This document shows positions 47,030 through 61,800 of a DNA stretch of 64,000 bases, piece by piece. A program made the translations under genes and the position numbers. The stretch's first letter is position 1, and the number at the start of each line of letters is the position of its first letter. The notes beneath the pieces are model-generated. The model ran no database searches and had not been told where the DNA came from. It saw only the letters and a program-made list of their open reading frames with translations. The stretch spans positions 8,494,001 to 8,558,000 of the forward strand of contig CM120642.1 of NCBI GenBank assembly GCA_051362555.1. Direction: 5' to 3'. The stretch comes from Lingula anatina. Its lineage: Eukaryota > Animalia > Brachiopoda.

Positions 47030-50000
47030 CACACAACACAAACAAATGTACCCTCATGCACTTCCGTAAGCAGCTTCTCTCAAAACACAAATCACTCAGC
47101 AGTATACTTTATCCTTAAACCCTGTGGAGCAAATAAATGACATTTTTTATCACAAAGATCAAAAAGATTAAGACCAGATCACAGTGTTAATTTTTTTTTT
47201 TTTTTTTTTTTTTTTGTTGTTGTTGTTGTTCAGTAGAAGGATACAAGCTAATACATCATAGGAAAGGGAAGTGAGATACTTCAAGGAATCCACCACAGGT
47301 CCTATAAAGTTGTCATACTTCTGAATTTGAGACAGGATCTGGAAATAAAAAAAATATATATGTGTGTCGACAAGTTTTACTGATACATTAGTAAGAGGGA
47401 CTGGCCTTCATTTTTCCGACTGCTTGCCAACTGGGAAAACAATTTTTCATAAAAATAGCAAATGCTTTTAAATCAAATCAAATCATATAGATGTGCCTTT
47501 TGTTCACTGTATTATTCACACAACCCATGCTTTAGAAAGCAGTACATTTTCAAGGTAACAGTCACCCTCAGCATGTGTCCTATTCAACACTTACATATTC
47601 AAAAATAACCCCAGGGTTGCTGTGACTTAGTTTTCCAATCTGACGACCTGAAGGCTTTACATTTTCTTTGGACAATCTCCTGCAAAACAAAAGTAATAAA
47701 CAATTTTAGTAAGATATTTTCAGTACAATATTGTATCATTTTAATCAAAATGATTTAAAATCATATTAAAAAGTGCAAAAAAAATTTTTATGTTATAGAC
47801 TAAAATTAATGATCAATAATATTTCAGATAACAGCATATTTTAAAACTTATTATATAAAATAATACAATTTTCTAGAATAGTCGATGATAAGTTGTGAGC
47901 AATATGTCCTGGATCCACACCTAAAATACTAGGATTTTTCTCTTAAAATCTGAATGTAAAATAGTACATTTTTTTTAAAGATCAATAAAGGGAAAAACTA
48001 TAGTGTGCTTACTTCATGATATACTTAGCACGTTCTAGGCAATCTGCTCTTATTTTGATCAATCTAGGTTCAATGTTGTATGTTTCATTTTTCCAATGCC
48101 CATAAAGAAGATACCTGGAAATATAAATAAAAAAATTAAAATCACTTAGATAAAAATTACTGAAGAGTAAAATGTCTTTTGGTTGTTTACTCAAGTCACT
48201 GAAATTAACAGAAAATTAAAAAAAATTCAATTGCTCATTTTTATCACTAGCCTCAAAGTCATTTCAGTCAAACAAATTGTGTCTGAGGTTCTGGCCGAAA
48301 TCTATGTCTTTGATCCTCAGATTTAATTCCTGCTAACTAATCCCTTTAAGCTACAGGCAGTGGGGTATTTGTTTGGGTATGTTATCACATGGGGATTAAG
48401 GTAAACTCAACAAGTATGTGTGGTAAGTGAAAAAGTAACAAGCATGTCTAAATTTAAGTACATCGTCCAATTTTCTCATTATCCAGGATTTGGTTATACG
48501 TCAACCACTCAACAAAACAAACTATTTGGAAGTAAAATTCATGTAACATATAGTCAATACTTCAGGCATTGATCACTGGACCAGTTTATCTGATTATCAA
48601 ATGAAATCAAAGTGGCCAAACCTTAAGCTAATTTCATTTGACAGAACTAAGCAATAGCAGAATAGTATAATCATGTCAGTTTACCATTGAAAGATTAAAA
48701 GATTCAATATTATTTCATGTGAAAGTGAAATGGGAGACTTCTTGTAAGGCACATCCTTTGTAAATACCAACCCTGACTGGAATGAATTCAATCTGAAGAA
48801 AAACTCATCTTCTCCTAAATAGCAATCTAAGAAACCCATATTCAATGTATTCTTTTAATTCCCACTCTTGAACTTAAAACTTAAACTTTTAATGCTCATG
48901 TCTTCTACTTTACAACAATTTTACTTGATCTCATTCTTTTTAAATGCATCACACTGACATTTCTTCCAAATCAATAATAGGCATTTTTTTTTACATATCA
49001 ATGTTTTTTAAAGATACAGAAAAGAAAAAAAGACAAAATGCACATACAAAATAAGTGTTACTACATTACATGCTTTTCACAGTATGCATCAACCACTGGC
49101 ACAGTGTCATTTTTCAAGGAAACAATAAATATTAAATTCATTAAACAGACAGAAGACATTTCTGACTGTCACTAATTATGAGACAATACCTCTTTATGAA
49201 TGCTTTCATCAATAAAAACTTTGCCAAAAAGAGATGGACCAAGTCTTCATTAGAGAATGGGTGCTTTTTTCAAAAATGTTAGCATCAGTATGCATAGAAA
49301 TTAAAAATCTACAACTTTCACGTACCAAATTTGAGCACTTCATTCAGATAAATTGGCATCAGAATACTCTTTAAGGCCTCTCACCATCAAAATGTTTGGT
49401 TCCACTGAGCAAATAATAAAAAAGTTTTTTTCTAATCCTTCAGTTAGGAGCCAGGAGTAAAAGATGCCACTTTGTGATAGAGAAGGTTAAAAACATTAGC
49501 AGAAAGGATCATCTTTCTTTAACGAGAGTCGACAAAACACTAAACTATCTGGTGCTAATAACCCATGTGGCATCCTCTTCTTAGCCTTGCTGCCACAAAA
49601 ACTGAATAGTTCTACAGAATGTTTTAAAATACAGAAATTTACCTGCATACACCTTAAGGCGCCTAACATATGCCTAGTAAACTGATTAGGTAGTCAAAAC
49701 TCCACTAATGCAAACAGATGGTCTCACATGAACTACAAATGGGCCAAAACATGCATAGCTTTATTATGTGAAAAAAAATAAGTACAAATGAAAGTAGATA
49801 ACACCTGTCATGTCATAAAAACAATTAATCTATTTGACCTTATCAAAAACCCTAGATAAGAAGGTCAGCTAAACCTTTAAATATTTTCAGGAAATTGAAC
49901 ATACTAAAGGTAATCCCTCTTAATCTTAATCCTTCCCTGTCTGCAGGTGATCTATTTCTAGCTCTCTGATTGCTGAAAAGTCAACAAAACACTTATGGAT

Positions 50001-53000
50001 TTTTGTACTTAGGAGTCACTCAATCCTTCTTAATGATCTATAAAATATTCATACAAAAAATAAAAAAAAGAAATGTTAGATAATTGTTATCCTTAAAGCC
50101 ACCTGTCTAGGTTTTGAGATTTAATCAGAAAAAAACTTCCATTCACTGAGGTGAGGCAACCCTGCTGAGAGCATGTTTATAAGTCGGAACTTCCAATTTT
50201 ATATCTTAATATAAAGAGTGGAACACGCAGTTTGAGGCTAGTCCTAAAAATATGCAGGTGTCCTAACAGTTAGGCAGGTTAACACAACACCAACAGGTCT
50301 CAGCTTGGCTCGGTCCAAGAGCACAACAGTTAGGACTCAGCAAACGAGGAAATAAACTGACTGCATTATGTAAAGCATATAAAGTCTCCGTTAAAGAAAA
50401 TGAAAGCGTGACAAAGTTCAATCAGAAGCTCATTGGTTAGACATAAGTGTGCACTAGGAGTGATCCATGAGAGGTCCAGTTAGGTGTAGTGTTAACCCAA
50501 CTCTTCGACTTGGGAGTTTGTCAGAAGGTCTTACCAAGTAGGTAATCATTTGGAAATCGTGAAGAGAGGGCATTTTAAAGAGTAATGTTCGTGGTGATCT
50601 TTAAAACTTCCAAACATCAAGAAACTCATGTGAAGTCTAAAAAAAATCTTCAGGGAAATCAATCACAGGATTATTTTGCAGTTTATGTGTCTACCTGGGA
50701 AGTACATACAGCTGAAACATTAGGTTTTTGCTAATGTCTAGGAGTGCTTGGGAAATATTCCAAGGATCAAGTGATGGCTAAAAGAGGTGAGAAGTTTTTA
50801 TTTGTGATCAATTCACATTACATTTTGAATAATTTGAAGGTAAATTCTGTTTGCTGCTGACAATCTTTTTACTTTCTCTTACACAAATTTTCATTTTGAC
50901 GTTGTGCCAGAAATTAAAACCAATGACAGTGATTGCAATAAGAAAAAATCTCCTGCAGAGTTGAATTGATCCAGCTAGTACAATAGGTTTATCCGAACAC
51001 TCCCTAAAACTCACATTTTAAGTAAAAGGGTTTATCTACCATAACTGTCATATTCTTGTTTCTTCCCCCCCCCCCCCAAAAAAAAAAAAAAAATGCAGGA
51101 TTTGCTGTTTTTGTTTCAATTTGTTGGCTGTATGAATTCATGATCAAGAGCCAACTCAAGGCAAAACAATCAGATCTATGTGGCTTTATTGATCAAGCTG
51201 CAATTTTTAAAGTGGAGGACTTTTGATGACATGTTTCAAGTCCCTGGAGAGCAGAGTCAAGTGTTCTTTCCTGAGTCAGAAACTCAGTAAGTTGATAGGT
51301 TTTTTTTTCCATATGCATGGATTAGTTAAATTACCCGTAAATAATGAACTAATGAAGTCTGAGTGTTTCTGAAATATGAGAGGTAATTGCAAACATACAT
51401 CTCTCACAGGTAAAAAAAAAAGATTTGCAGCATTACTGAAGTTTTACAGTAAAAGCATATCTTTAATCATTATATATTTCATCAAATTAGTCACATCATG
51501 GGGTCAATCAAGATGCATTCTAATTGAGAAGTACTACGACTTGCATCCATTTGTTTAGGCAAGTAAACAGGTCTGGCTCTTGTATGATCAAAAGTTCCAT
51601 TGCTTTTTACCTAGAGAACAGATGAATAAGTTGCCAGCATTGTTTTGTCCTAAGACTTTGAATTTGGACATAGTACAAAAACTGGAGAAGATGAACAAGT
51701 CAACTACATCATGTTGTACAGAAGCTGAATTTTGCCACAACATAAGAACTGGAGAAGCTGAGCAAATTCACAGCACAACTTTGTAAAGCAGATGTTTCAA
51801 TGAATTTTAATTAAAATTGTTAATTATTGAGCTGCTGTGGATATTTTCAAAACTTGTATAAACATATCTTTTAATCACACATCCTCATACTTAAAGACTT
51901 AGTCTAATTTCTTTTACAAGTCTGATCTGTAATTCATTGCTCATTTTAGGGTGTGTCAGAGATGTTAATGAGACTGCACATATAATATAATTTTATATTT
52001 CATTTGCCATTCCTCTAAAAACACGTCTACCTCCAAATTCAAGTTGTCTGTAAGAGTGAACAAAGGTTCCAAGTTTCCCCCTTACTGCTGAGATAAAGTC
52101 TCATCATTTCCATTACCAGCTCGTGGTAGATATCTATTGATTTCCTTCAGACTTAATCTGACTGTAGATTTTTTTATCAGCTTTATTACCTTAATTTGTC
52201 ATTTACAAACAGGTTCATAGACCATAAGATTCATAACAGTTTTCATCTATATTTTATCTGCCTGTAAACTGCTAATTTGACAGGGGATATTGCAAGCCAG
52301 AGGGCAAAAAAGTTGCATCTTTGATGAAGCAAAAAAAAAGGGCTATCACCACGCTGAAATTAAGTTTGAAAAAGGTTGCACACACTTTTCAATTGAGTTC
52401 ATTCCATTGCAGGCACAGTCTAGCCATTCCAATAGCATAATCCCTATAAATTTTGTAATCTAATAGATCATCAAATTTCACACTTTTATTATTACTGTTA
52501 AGTCATGGAAGTACCTGAATATTAAATCTAGTACTCTAAATTGCCCTGTGACGTTTTTCACGGCAATATTGTTTAAGGGTGATGGTGTGGGAGTCCTGGA
52601 AGCTTCATATGGTTTGACTGTCATACCAAAAGATTCCATTCCACTTTTCATAAACTATAATAAATTATAAGTTGTTAAAGATATAGGTGCCAGTACCAAA
52701 AGGTAATGTGTTCCTCACCAGGGACCTTTGTCAGTTGTTAGTGTATAAATATGTTCAATTCTTCCACAGACTTCAATATTGATTGAGTGTAGTGAAAAAT
52801 GTGTTTATTCTAGAAACCTCTCTCTCTCACTTTCTCCAAAAAAAGCAAAATTGTCATTGATATCTTCCATTTAGTGACATTCAAAGCAAGGATCTTGAAA
52901 ACAATTTCTTGGTAAGAAGGAAGTAAGTCAATATTGGTCGATGCTGGTTCAATTTTCTGGGTGAATAGTTGCAAACAGATCGCTTCCAGGCAACAATGCT

Positions 53001-54483
53001 TTCCAGGTAGAGATTAAGCCAAGGTACTAAAATTTCATTTAATCATCTATGTTTGAAAAATCCTTTTAGACAGAGTAACTGGAAACCATCAAATATTATC
53101 ATATTGGACGTCATTTCTAGGAAGGAAGAATTTATCTCTTCTTTTATAACGGATACACACTGCCATTTGTTTTCAATGCAAGCAAGCTCCAAAGGAACAC
53201 TACTAGTGACTCCTTGCCTTGGGGCTTGGAGAAGAAACCCGCAGCCTAGCTGCTCTTCAGTTTTAAATCAACTGCTGTTATATTTGGCAAACTTCAGAGG
53301 CAAAAAGTTGGCATCTTTTGATAGTGCTTTACTCAGTTAAGGTGAACAAATATGAAGTATAGATTTTCACCTGCATTTGATGGGCAAGTTTGCTGAGAAA
53401 ACTCGTGGGTTCCTTTAACTCACATAAGAAGCTTGCTGATAGATCGTGGGGATCACATGCTCCTAATTTCAATAACTCAAGACTGGAGACTACAAAATTT
53501 CTTACGTAAAATCCATCCCTTAAAACAACAACAACGGTTACTAATTTTCGGGTCTACAGAACTCCTCAATGAATGTGAAACAAGTACAGAAGAACACTAG
53601 GGTCTGCTTCCTACCTGTGTTCATAGGGTAAATACTTGAGCAGGGCCCAGATTTCTTCACTCATTCCACAGTTGCAGTTCATCATACACAGACTGGGAAT
53701 CAGCACCTCATCCAACACTGTCAGCAACCCATGAAATACTGGCTCCATAGAGTCCATCAATTCTCCTGACCTTCTCTGAAATAAGACAATACAATATTGT
53801 GTGACAGTGAGTAAGTATGAGTCAATTCTTTCAACTGTTATGATTCTACAGGCAGGCATATTTTCACAAAGAACACTGAAATATTTTATCTATTATAAGC
53901 ATACTACCATTGTGTTATTCGTTACTGCAAAGTGAAGATGTGTATCCATTATGGTAACCATACAAATGAGTTGCCAGTAATTTTCTGATGGAAAGTCATC
54001 TTTGTAGTCTGCTGATAATGATCATAAGTTTAAACTTTTTGCTTTCTACACAAAATTGAAGTTATACCTCACAAAGCTTTTGGTCACTCTGAGGAAGGTC
54101 ACGGTATAATTTCATGGAGAAAGTGAAAAGTATGAATCAAATCTATTCATTCATTTCATATATCTATTTGATCTTACATTTCTCTTTTTATTTATTCTCT
54201 TATTCATCTTTTTTGTAGTTAACTAAATGTTATTTTTTTAAGTAAACTGTAACTGATGTGTCCATAAATCCTTGTCATTGTCGTTAAAAGCAAGGTTTGG
54301 ATAGTCTGGATATATAAGCTGGCACTTTTCTATGAGACATTTCCATATTCAATCACTCATTAAATGACAAAATATCACAATAATGAAATGCTTCAGACAA
54401 AATAATATGAAGACTATATATTCCTATCCTGAATTAAGTTGGATTTTAAATGGGAGCAAACTTTTATAATAAGACACACTTGT

Positions 54484-54525
<42 letters not shown>

Positions 54526-57500
54526 TCAGGTCTACCTTCTGAATTCTCTAGTGTTCTACAGCTAGTCATGAAAATAATTCCATGTACTCCCCGGTTGGAG
54601 GGGATCACTAACGCTATCAGTTTTTTCATGTCAAATTCCATTAATGGCTGGCCCTATTTTATAATTCTGTGAACACCTGTATCAATCTGAAACTCCATTA
54701 GACTCAAGGAAAAGCTATGTATCAATTACCTTAGAAATAGCTGTTGCAAGTTTTTCAACCCTTTTTCTGTCATGTTTTTAAGTGTTGTCTAATTCAGTCA
54801 CTGGGTCATCAGTTTTAAATATCACTTACAAAAAAAGGATTCCTGTCAATTTCCCTCTTTTTAAATTTCTCTTTTTATCTTTCTCATGTTTGTAGCAATC
54901 ACACCAATCTGGACATCAGTTTAAATTCTGAATTCATTCGCTACCAATCCTTGCAACATTTGTTTCAACTTGTAAAAGCTTTGAAAAAGTAACCATCCAG
55001 AGAACTCTACTTTTTATAAGTGAGAGATAAGGCTATACACTTCTGCCCAATATCCATGAACCTTACAGTATCTTCTTTTACCATCAATTCTACAGCCTTT
55101 ATCTTAGCAAGAGAACTTTTTCTCTCAAAATCTCATTTAGTCTTTAACCTGGGCTCTGTTAATTTTAAAAAAGAAATTTTTTTGCCACAAATACTGCAAT
55201 CAATCAATCCACCAACCAACCATTCAATCAATTAATCAATCAATCAAAACTCCTTGTCTTTAATTTAGCTTATTTATCAGCTCTTCAAATCACAGAAAAT
55301 TAAAAAAGAACAAAAACTTGACTGAGTCTGAATATTTATCAGTGGGTGTTTGAAGCAGAGGTATCAGTTTTCATCATCAGCAAGAGATCTAAGGTGGGCC
55401 CAGACTTTGTCACTCAACATCAAATTATTTCCAGAAGTGAAAAAAGCCTCAGAAAATCCACATCAAAAAACAAAAACTATCTAAAAATACCATCTCTAGT
55501 GTCTTCACTAGGATCACAAAAATATCTTTTCTTCTTTGGAAAAAATATTTTGGAAAATAATTTTAAACTATCATAGCACACTACCCATTTTCACATCCAT
55601 CTTCAGCACTTAAGTCATGTCTATCAAGAATCTGGTGCATTCAAGACATAAAAAATTGAATAATTTCATCCAAGACAAAAAAAATCAAATAAATGATCAT
55701 TCTTCTATATAAACCACTTCATATCCCATCAAATTATCAACCATCTCAAAATATACCTTTTCCATGAATGTTTTGAGCACCCGTATCAGTTTGACCATCA
55801 GCTTGGGGTCACAGGAGAGGCTGGGCCCCAGGTAGGCCAGCATAGGGAAGGCTACTGTGACCAGGTCCCCAAAGGTGTGACACTGGGTTACAGAGAGACC
55901 CAGTCTGGGGGTGTACTTGAACACTTTAGCAGGAAGACCACTGTACCTAGAATAAATGGAAGGGAGATGGTTAAATAATATATAAATATAAATATCATTT
56001 ACCATGAAACGCTCCATGAGCTCATAGCTTCGCTAAGGAAAAAAGAGAATAAAAATTCATTTAAAAGTATCAAGAGTCCTATATTTAGTTGTCATTGAAA
56101 ATCATTAATCTCTCTTTTAAAGAAAAGTTTATCCTGAAATTTTCATCAAAATTTGTGAAAAACGTTCTGAGATATCTTTCCAACAAACAAACAGACAAAC
56201 TGATGCAAACAAAAATGGGGCCATCTTCATCAGCAGAGGTAAATTATTAATTAATGAAGACAAGGAAATTGATATTGATATTGTTGCTGACAACTTGCTG
56301 TGAATCTCTTACACACAGAGAGAAAGAGAGAGAGAAAGAGCGAAAGAGAGAGAGAGAGAGGTGCCCTCACACGAATACAAATTACAGCAAAAAAAATGAC
56401 CATCATAGCCTTTTAACCCACAATAACAGGGCAACCTAGGCATCTCTTTAAGGTCAAATTAAGGACTGTTTTCTATCTTTTAAGTGCACCAGAGACACTG
56501 TCCAACAGGTACTAATAGCTCCTAATATCAGATAAATAAACTATCTGCCCATCCCTTACAAGTACCATATTACTCTCTGAACTGCTTAGAATTTGTCTAG
56601 GCAAGTACCCTTATTGCTCCTCTGGGCTCAGTTTGGTATAATAAAATTGTAAGTTATAGCCAAACAGCTAGTTCAAGAACTAAAACCAAATTACATTTTC
56701 AGTCAAACCCAATAAAAATTGTGCAAGTTGCATATTACAAAAAAGTTTTCATTTTCTTCAACAAGGGCAAAGAGTTAAAAGCCAGTGGAGAAAAATTCTA
56801 TACACAAGTGCTTGTTTCTAGCATTGGTGTGCGTTTGTATGCATATGCATGTGTGTATGTGTGTGTGTGTGGGTGAAGGAACAAGAGAGAAGAGGGACTT
56901 ACTGTCTATATAAAGGATCCAGAATAATGTGCAGAAGAGCACACAGGCCCTGAGCAATGGGAGGTTGAGCCGTGGCTGAATATTGAGGCAATCTCTTGAT
57001 TATCTGTTCCGCGTGGTTCCAGTCTCCAACAGCCAGCAAAGACTCACACAGACCCAGCTTCTGGTTGTTGTTCTGAAACAAGAAAATCATTAATATTTTC
57101 TTTTATAATACAATTTATCTCTTTTAAGAATCTTAGGAAATCTTTCTGGTTATTCCAGATAAAATTTAGTTACTGATGAGCAAACCAAATTAATTAAGTA
57201 TACATATGTGAAAAAATTTTACGGGGAAAATGCAAAATAAATTTCCAAGAGCTGTTTTTAATAACATTTTAATATATGAAAAAAAAATAATAATAAGACT
57301 AAGATCAGAAACAAACACCAAAACTTTCTACATGACTAAATGAATTAAATTCTATCATCAAAGGACAAATTAAAATAGTTGTAGGACAGCTTCCTGGGAA
57401 GGGTAGTATGTTAATTGTTAATAATCAGAGAGATCCCATCATACATCACTGACAATAACCTTGTTAACCCAATAATGCCTTTTTTCCTAGTTTTATCATT

Positions 57501-58269
57501 ACTGTATAATCCTGAAAACATAATTTAATATAATTTTTTTCTTTCATACATTATATAGTATTTATTTTGAGGAAAAAAGCGGGGAAAATGAATACGTCTG
57601 GTAATATTAAGAATCAATAATTCATTTTGTCACAGCTTGCTTTATTTGCCAAGATGTTAAGAAATGTCAAATGGGGAGTCCCTCATGCAAAATATATTTC
57701 TCTTGAAAGAGTCAATCAAATATCAAATATGATGACCAAAAACAATCATCACACAGCTTTTATTATGCCATAGAAGTAAACAAGGTTTGATTAAATACAC
57801 AGCTACATCAATAAAACTTTGGTCTCTAATCAAAGGTTAATGACCCTCAGCAGAATAGGAGACCTTTGAGTGACGCATTTTGCCTCACGTTAATAAAGGA
57901 CACAGATAACAGGACCCTTGCCAAGACAGTGCAAGGAAAAACGTAGATTAAATCAGTAATTCAAGGCCAAAATGTCACATTTGATAACTACTGGGTTATC
58001 TTTATGATGTAAAAAGCCATTTTAGACATGTAATATCTCATGATCCTTTGATAATATGATTGAGCTCCGGGTCAACTGGCAGCCTAAGGGAGAAGAGATG
58101 ACCACAGAGTAAAAACAAGCACTCAGTTCTATTACACTTTGAATATACAAAAGGGTTTACAAATGTTTCAATTACAAAAGAGAATCAAAATGATGAGTGT
58201 CAAAACAGACAACTTCTTATTTCAAGTGACCATTGTTATAGCATATAACAACGTTTCAAGGATAAATAA

Positions 58270-58343
<74 letters not shown>

Positions 58344-58543
58344 TCTGATAAGATCATATACAAAAAATAGATCTGTCAAAATTCCAGATTTACCTGCTTT
58401 ATTTTACCAGAATCATCTTCATTTTCCTTCTCCTCTTTTGCCTTATCTGATAGGATGACGACATTGAGTTTTCTGGCATATTCTCTGGCACTGGTTACCT
58501 CCTTCTTGAAGCTTTCATTGATGTCACTATCTGAGGGGCTCAA
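30316..58543 (-). CDS. THOC2: THO complex subunit 2, 32 exons (5' exons lie beyond the right edge)
   Basis: Exons: 58394-58543, 56903-57072, 55757-55946, 53615-53775, 48013-48114, 47595-47679, 47245-47338, 46064-46144, 45583-45679, 44917-45034, 44315-44494, 43932-44096, 43505-43567, 43156-43250, 42600-42726, 41890-42031, 39665-39822, 39324-39452, 38883-39017, 38524-38592, 37926-38041, 37443-37512, 37007-37172, 36464-36626, 35649-36148, 35381-35424, 33153-33194, 32635-32685, 32296-32374, 30884-31011, 30602-30645, 30316-30340. Diagnostic peptides: [68 protein letters not shown], and a Lys/Glu/Arg-rich tail. Confidence 0.96.
30341..30601 (-). other. U12-type (minor spliceosome) GT-AG intron, last coding intron of THOC2
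   Basis: 5' splice site GTATCCTTT; only a weak branch-like TTTTCACATGAC about 10 nt before a CAGCAG acceptor. Confidence 0.72.
33211..33353. repeat. 29-bp minisatellite x5 abutting a THOC2 3' splice site
   Basis: Unit aggtcaacaccacatcatggtttgaacac, head-to-tail. Confidence 0.95.
46145..47244 (-). other. U12-type (minor spliceosome) GT-AG intron in THOC2
   Basis: 5' splice site GTATCCTT at 47244; branch site TTTTTCCTTGAC about 10 nt before the AG at 46145. The junction restores [15 protein letters not shown]. Confidence 0.9.
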
Positions 58544-58899
58544 CTGGAACACAATAGAAAAAAAATTTTATTGACTTAACAACAACAAAAATTAACATCT
58601 TAATGCAAATGTTCATTTACTTTTAATTACGATAATTAAGTACCTTTAAATAAGTGGCTGAGCAGTTAGGATTCTCTTATTCAGTTATTACTGTAAACTG
58701 ATCGCATCCTGATGCCTTGCTATTCTTTTAAACAAGACGAATTTGCCTTTAACTTCTAGTTTTGAATGAGTACCTAAATTTACATTTTAGTATCATAATA
58801 TGACATGCTTTTCTAAGGGGGATTAGATTTATTTGGGAATAAGATGGTTTTTATCTCATCCAAACATGAAAAAAATGCCCAAACACTTCCTGAATCTTG

Positions 58900-61800
58900 T
58901 GTGAAACATCAAATTCTAGTCTGGCTATTGGATAAAACAAATCTAACTGTCTCACACCATCTTGTATTGACATGATGTACTTGTAATGACCCTATAAAGG
59001 CTGAAAAGCAAGCAAAGATGTCTAGCGGTGCAAAATAATATGAAGCGCAAAGCAGAAAATGATCTACTTAAGTTTCTGAATCAGTTTCACATCAGTTTAG
59101 GAGAAGATAAAATATAACCTTTACTCAAAGCCTCCTTGTACCCCTAGGGTGCAAAGTAATGCCTCTTCACAGTAATGTCAAGTTATTTTGAGTCATTTTT
59201 GTTTTTGATGAAAATTGCTGACATGGTTGGAAAACTCTCCAGTGGGGTCTAATGACAATATAATGCTATAGGTTGCAGTGTTAAAGAACATCCCACCAGA
59301 ATAAACCCTAACAGGGTCACAGATATACTATTAAGGCAAAAAATATTAGAGAAACAAATGTATGTTTACCAAGTTTGGTCAAGTTCAACTATCTGCCTGT
59401 AAAAAGTTAACAAGCTCAATGCCTCTTTTCCATCTTTATGTTAAAATTAGCGTAAAATCAAATTATCGTAGATTAAGTCATATGTCAAATAAGTTCTAAA
59501 AAATTTAACGTCGAGTACCAGGCATGCTGATGGAGCTGATGAAATTTTGCCATAGGGTAAATTGGCTCAAATAGACCAGTGAGTGAGCCATTGACTTGCA
59601 TAGCAACTACACCAAAACTACCTACAACTTCTTCCTCCTCATGTCAGTAAGCTGTTCACCATTTGTTATTCTTATTCAATCAGCTGACACTTTCCACAAC
59701 CAGTTCCAATACGACCCCCAATGCCATGTGCAAAACTATCAATTAGACTGTTATTATTTGCCATAGCCAGGAGAAGAAACCCCATAATTAATTCATCTCA
59801 TTGACTTTACATGTAAAGTTTTATTCATCCGTTTAGCGATGTGGACTTAGGGATGATACGCAGGGCTATAGACAATTACTGTTCCAGACTTACAAGTCAA
59901 TACCAAGTCCTCCATGGCCAAGAAAACCTTGCTTGTTTCACAGAAATGAACTTGACATCATGACGCATGCGACTTGGCCAATGCAATCAATACATTTGCC
60001 CCCATTTAATTTGAACATTTTGCCTAGAAGGGATAACTACAAGACTTCTTTGATGAAGTATCTAGGTACAGCATGCACTCAATGCAGGGCTTGATGCTGT
60101 TGCTGCGTGAAGCATTTACAGATTTTTTTATCTACCAAATCTTGCTGACATACTACTGTGACAATACTAAGGAGAGGGCATCACGGCTCTTAAACTTCAC
60201 TAAGTGCTACTGTCGAATTTGGATGTAATATTTATTCAATATTCTGCTAGGTATCATATCACTTTTGCTGAAAATCTGATCAAGGTAATGATATTTTTGT
60301 TGATGTCATTCTTGCTTTTGTTGTAGCTGTTTCGTGCAGTAGTTAGCGTCACTGACTGGACTCTTCCATAAGGAGAAAAGTTATTGTATCCAGGAAAGTG
60401 CATCCCAACACAATGGTGACAGCTTCAGTGTCAACAGACAGAGATAATGGCCATAGAAAGTCTTTATAATCATTGTGACATTTAATATATCCTCTTAGTT
60501 ATTGAAGTATGTGCTTGGCTAATGTCAATTCAAAAATAGGAAAACTAAGAATGAAATTGGTTGTATTCAAAGCTCACTCTTTTGTCTCACAAGTTGGTGA
60601 GAAGAGGTTTCTTTCTGAGGTTTGAAGAAAACATAGAAAATATCACAGCTGTCATTATTCTACCCACATAATGTAGAATGGACTTAGTTGACTTTACACT
60701 GAAGATAGACAGTCTCTTCTCAGTGCATCTTTCCTCTGCAGGCCAAACATGGTCATGGCTAAGGGCCCATTTTACACAAGTTCTTTTGCCTCAAAACTGA
60801 TGTAATTCACTAATAAGTTTTAGACCAACATTTTGATCAAATTTGATACAAAATAAATTGGTGGTAGTCCATGCAAATGGAATACCATGCCTGTTTTATA
60901 ATAGGAGGCATGGCTTTTGCTAAAGATCAATACCTATTTCATTTAAATGGACTACTGTGGATTTATCTTGAACCCACAAAAATGTTGCATCTAAAAATTT
61001 AGACCAATTTAGACTATAGCAACTTTGTGAAACAGGCCCCAGCCAATGGAATCCTTTGGTCAATGATCAACCTACCAAGATGGCTTGACCCATCTTCAAT
61101 GTTAATGTGACTTAGGGCTGTGTATTCATAAAGAGGGGATTGTCAAATGTGACAGGCAAAAGAAAGTCAAAGGATATGCTTTACTGCACATTATTCTGCA
61201 TCTATTGTAAGATGCATCTCCAGAGAACACAACCGGCCGACTGTTATGAAACACTGCACAAAAGTTTTATCATATCCCCAATGACACGAATCTGACACCA
61301 ATATTTAATCTACAGCCTCTATGCAATAAACATCAGCAGGTAAGATGTGGTTACTCACAATTATATCTGAAGTATTTAGGCAACAGCTATAGTTATTGTA
61401 CACTTAATCATAACTGTATTCAATATAATTATCACTGAATTTATCTGATCTCCATTATTGTGGTCCACAACATGTCCTAGGATCTACAACAAAAATTCCC
61501 AAGTGATTTATACAATTTGCACAAGCTATTGCAGCAAATGAAGGCTTTCATATGATTTTTCTCCTTTTTCTATGGTTGTTATTTGATTAAGAGAATTATG
61601 ATATAATAGTGACCTTAGAAATCATCAGACATTTAAGAAAATAAGATGTACCATTAACTGAATGTTTGCAATTCAAAAAGTTTCACTTTGAAGTAAAAAG
61701 CATACAAGATTTTTTTATGACCTGTAACAGAGAATAGGGTTTAACTTAATTACCACCTAAGAAGTTAACATAACTGTTAAAATTCCCAAAGACTTATTGT

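Noticed and set aside
48200-53500. Nested gene in the 5.5-kb THOC2 intron
   Set aside because: Only short ORFs without motifs; probably decayed transposon sequence that I cannot classify by eye.
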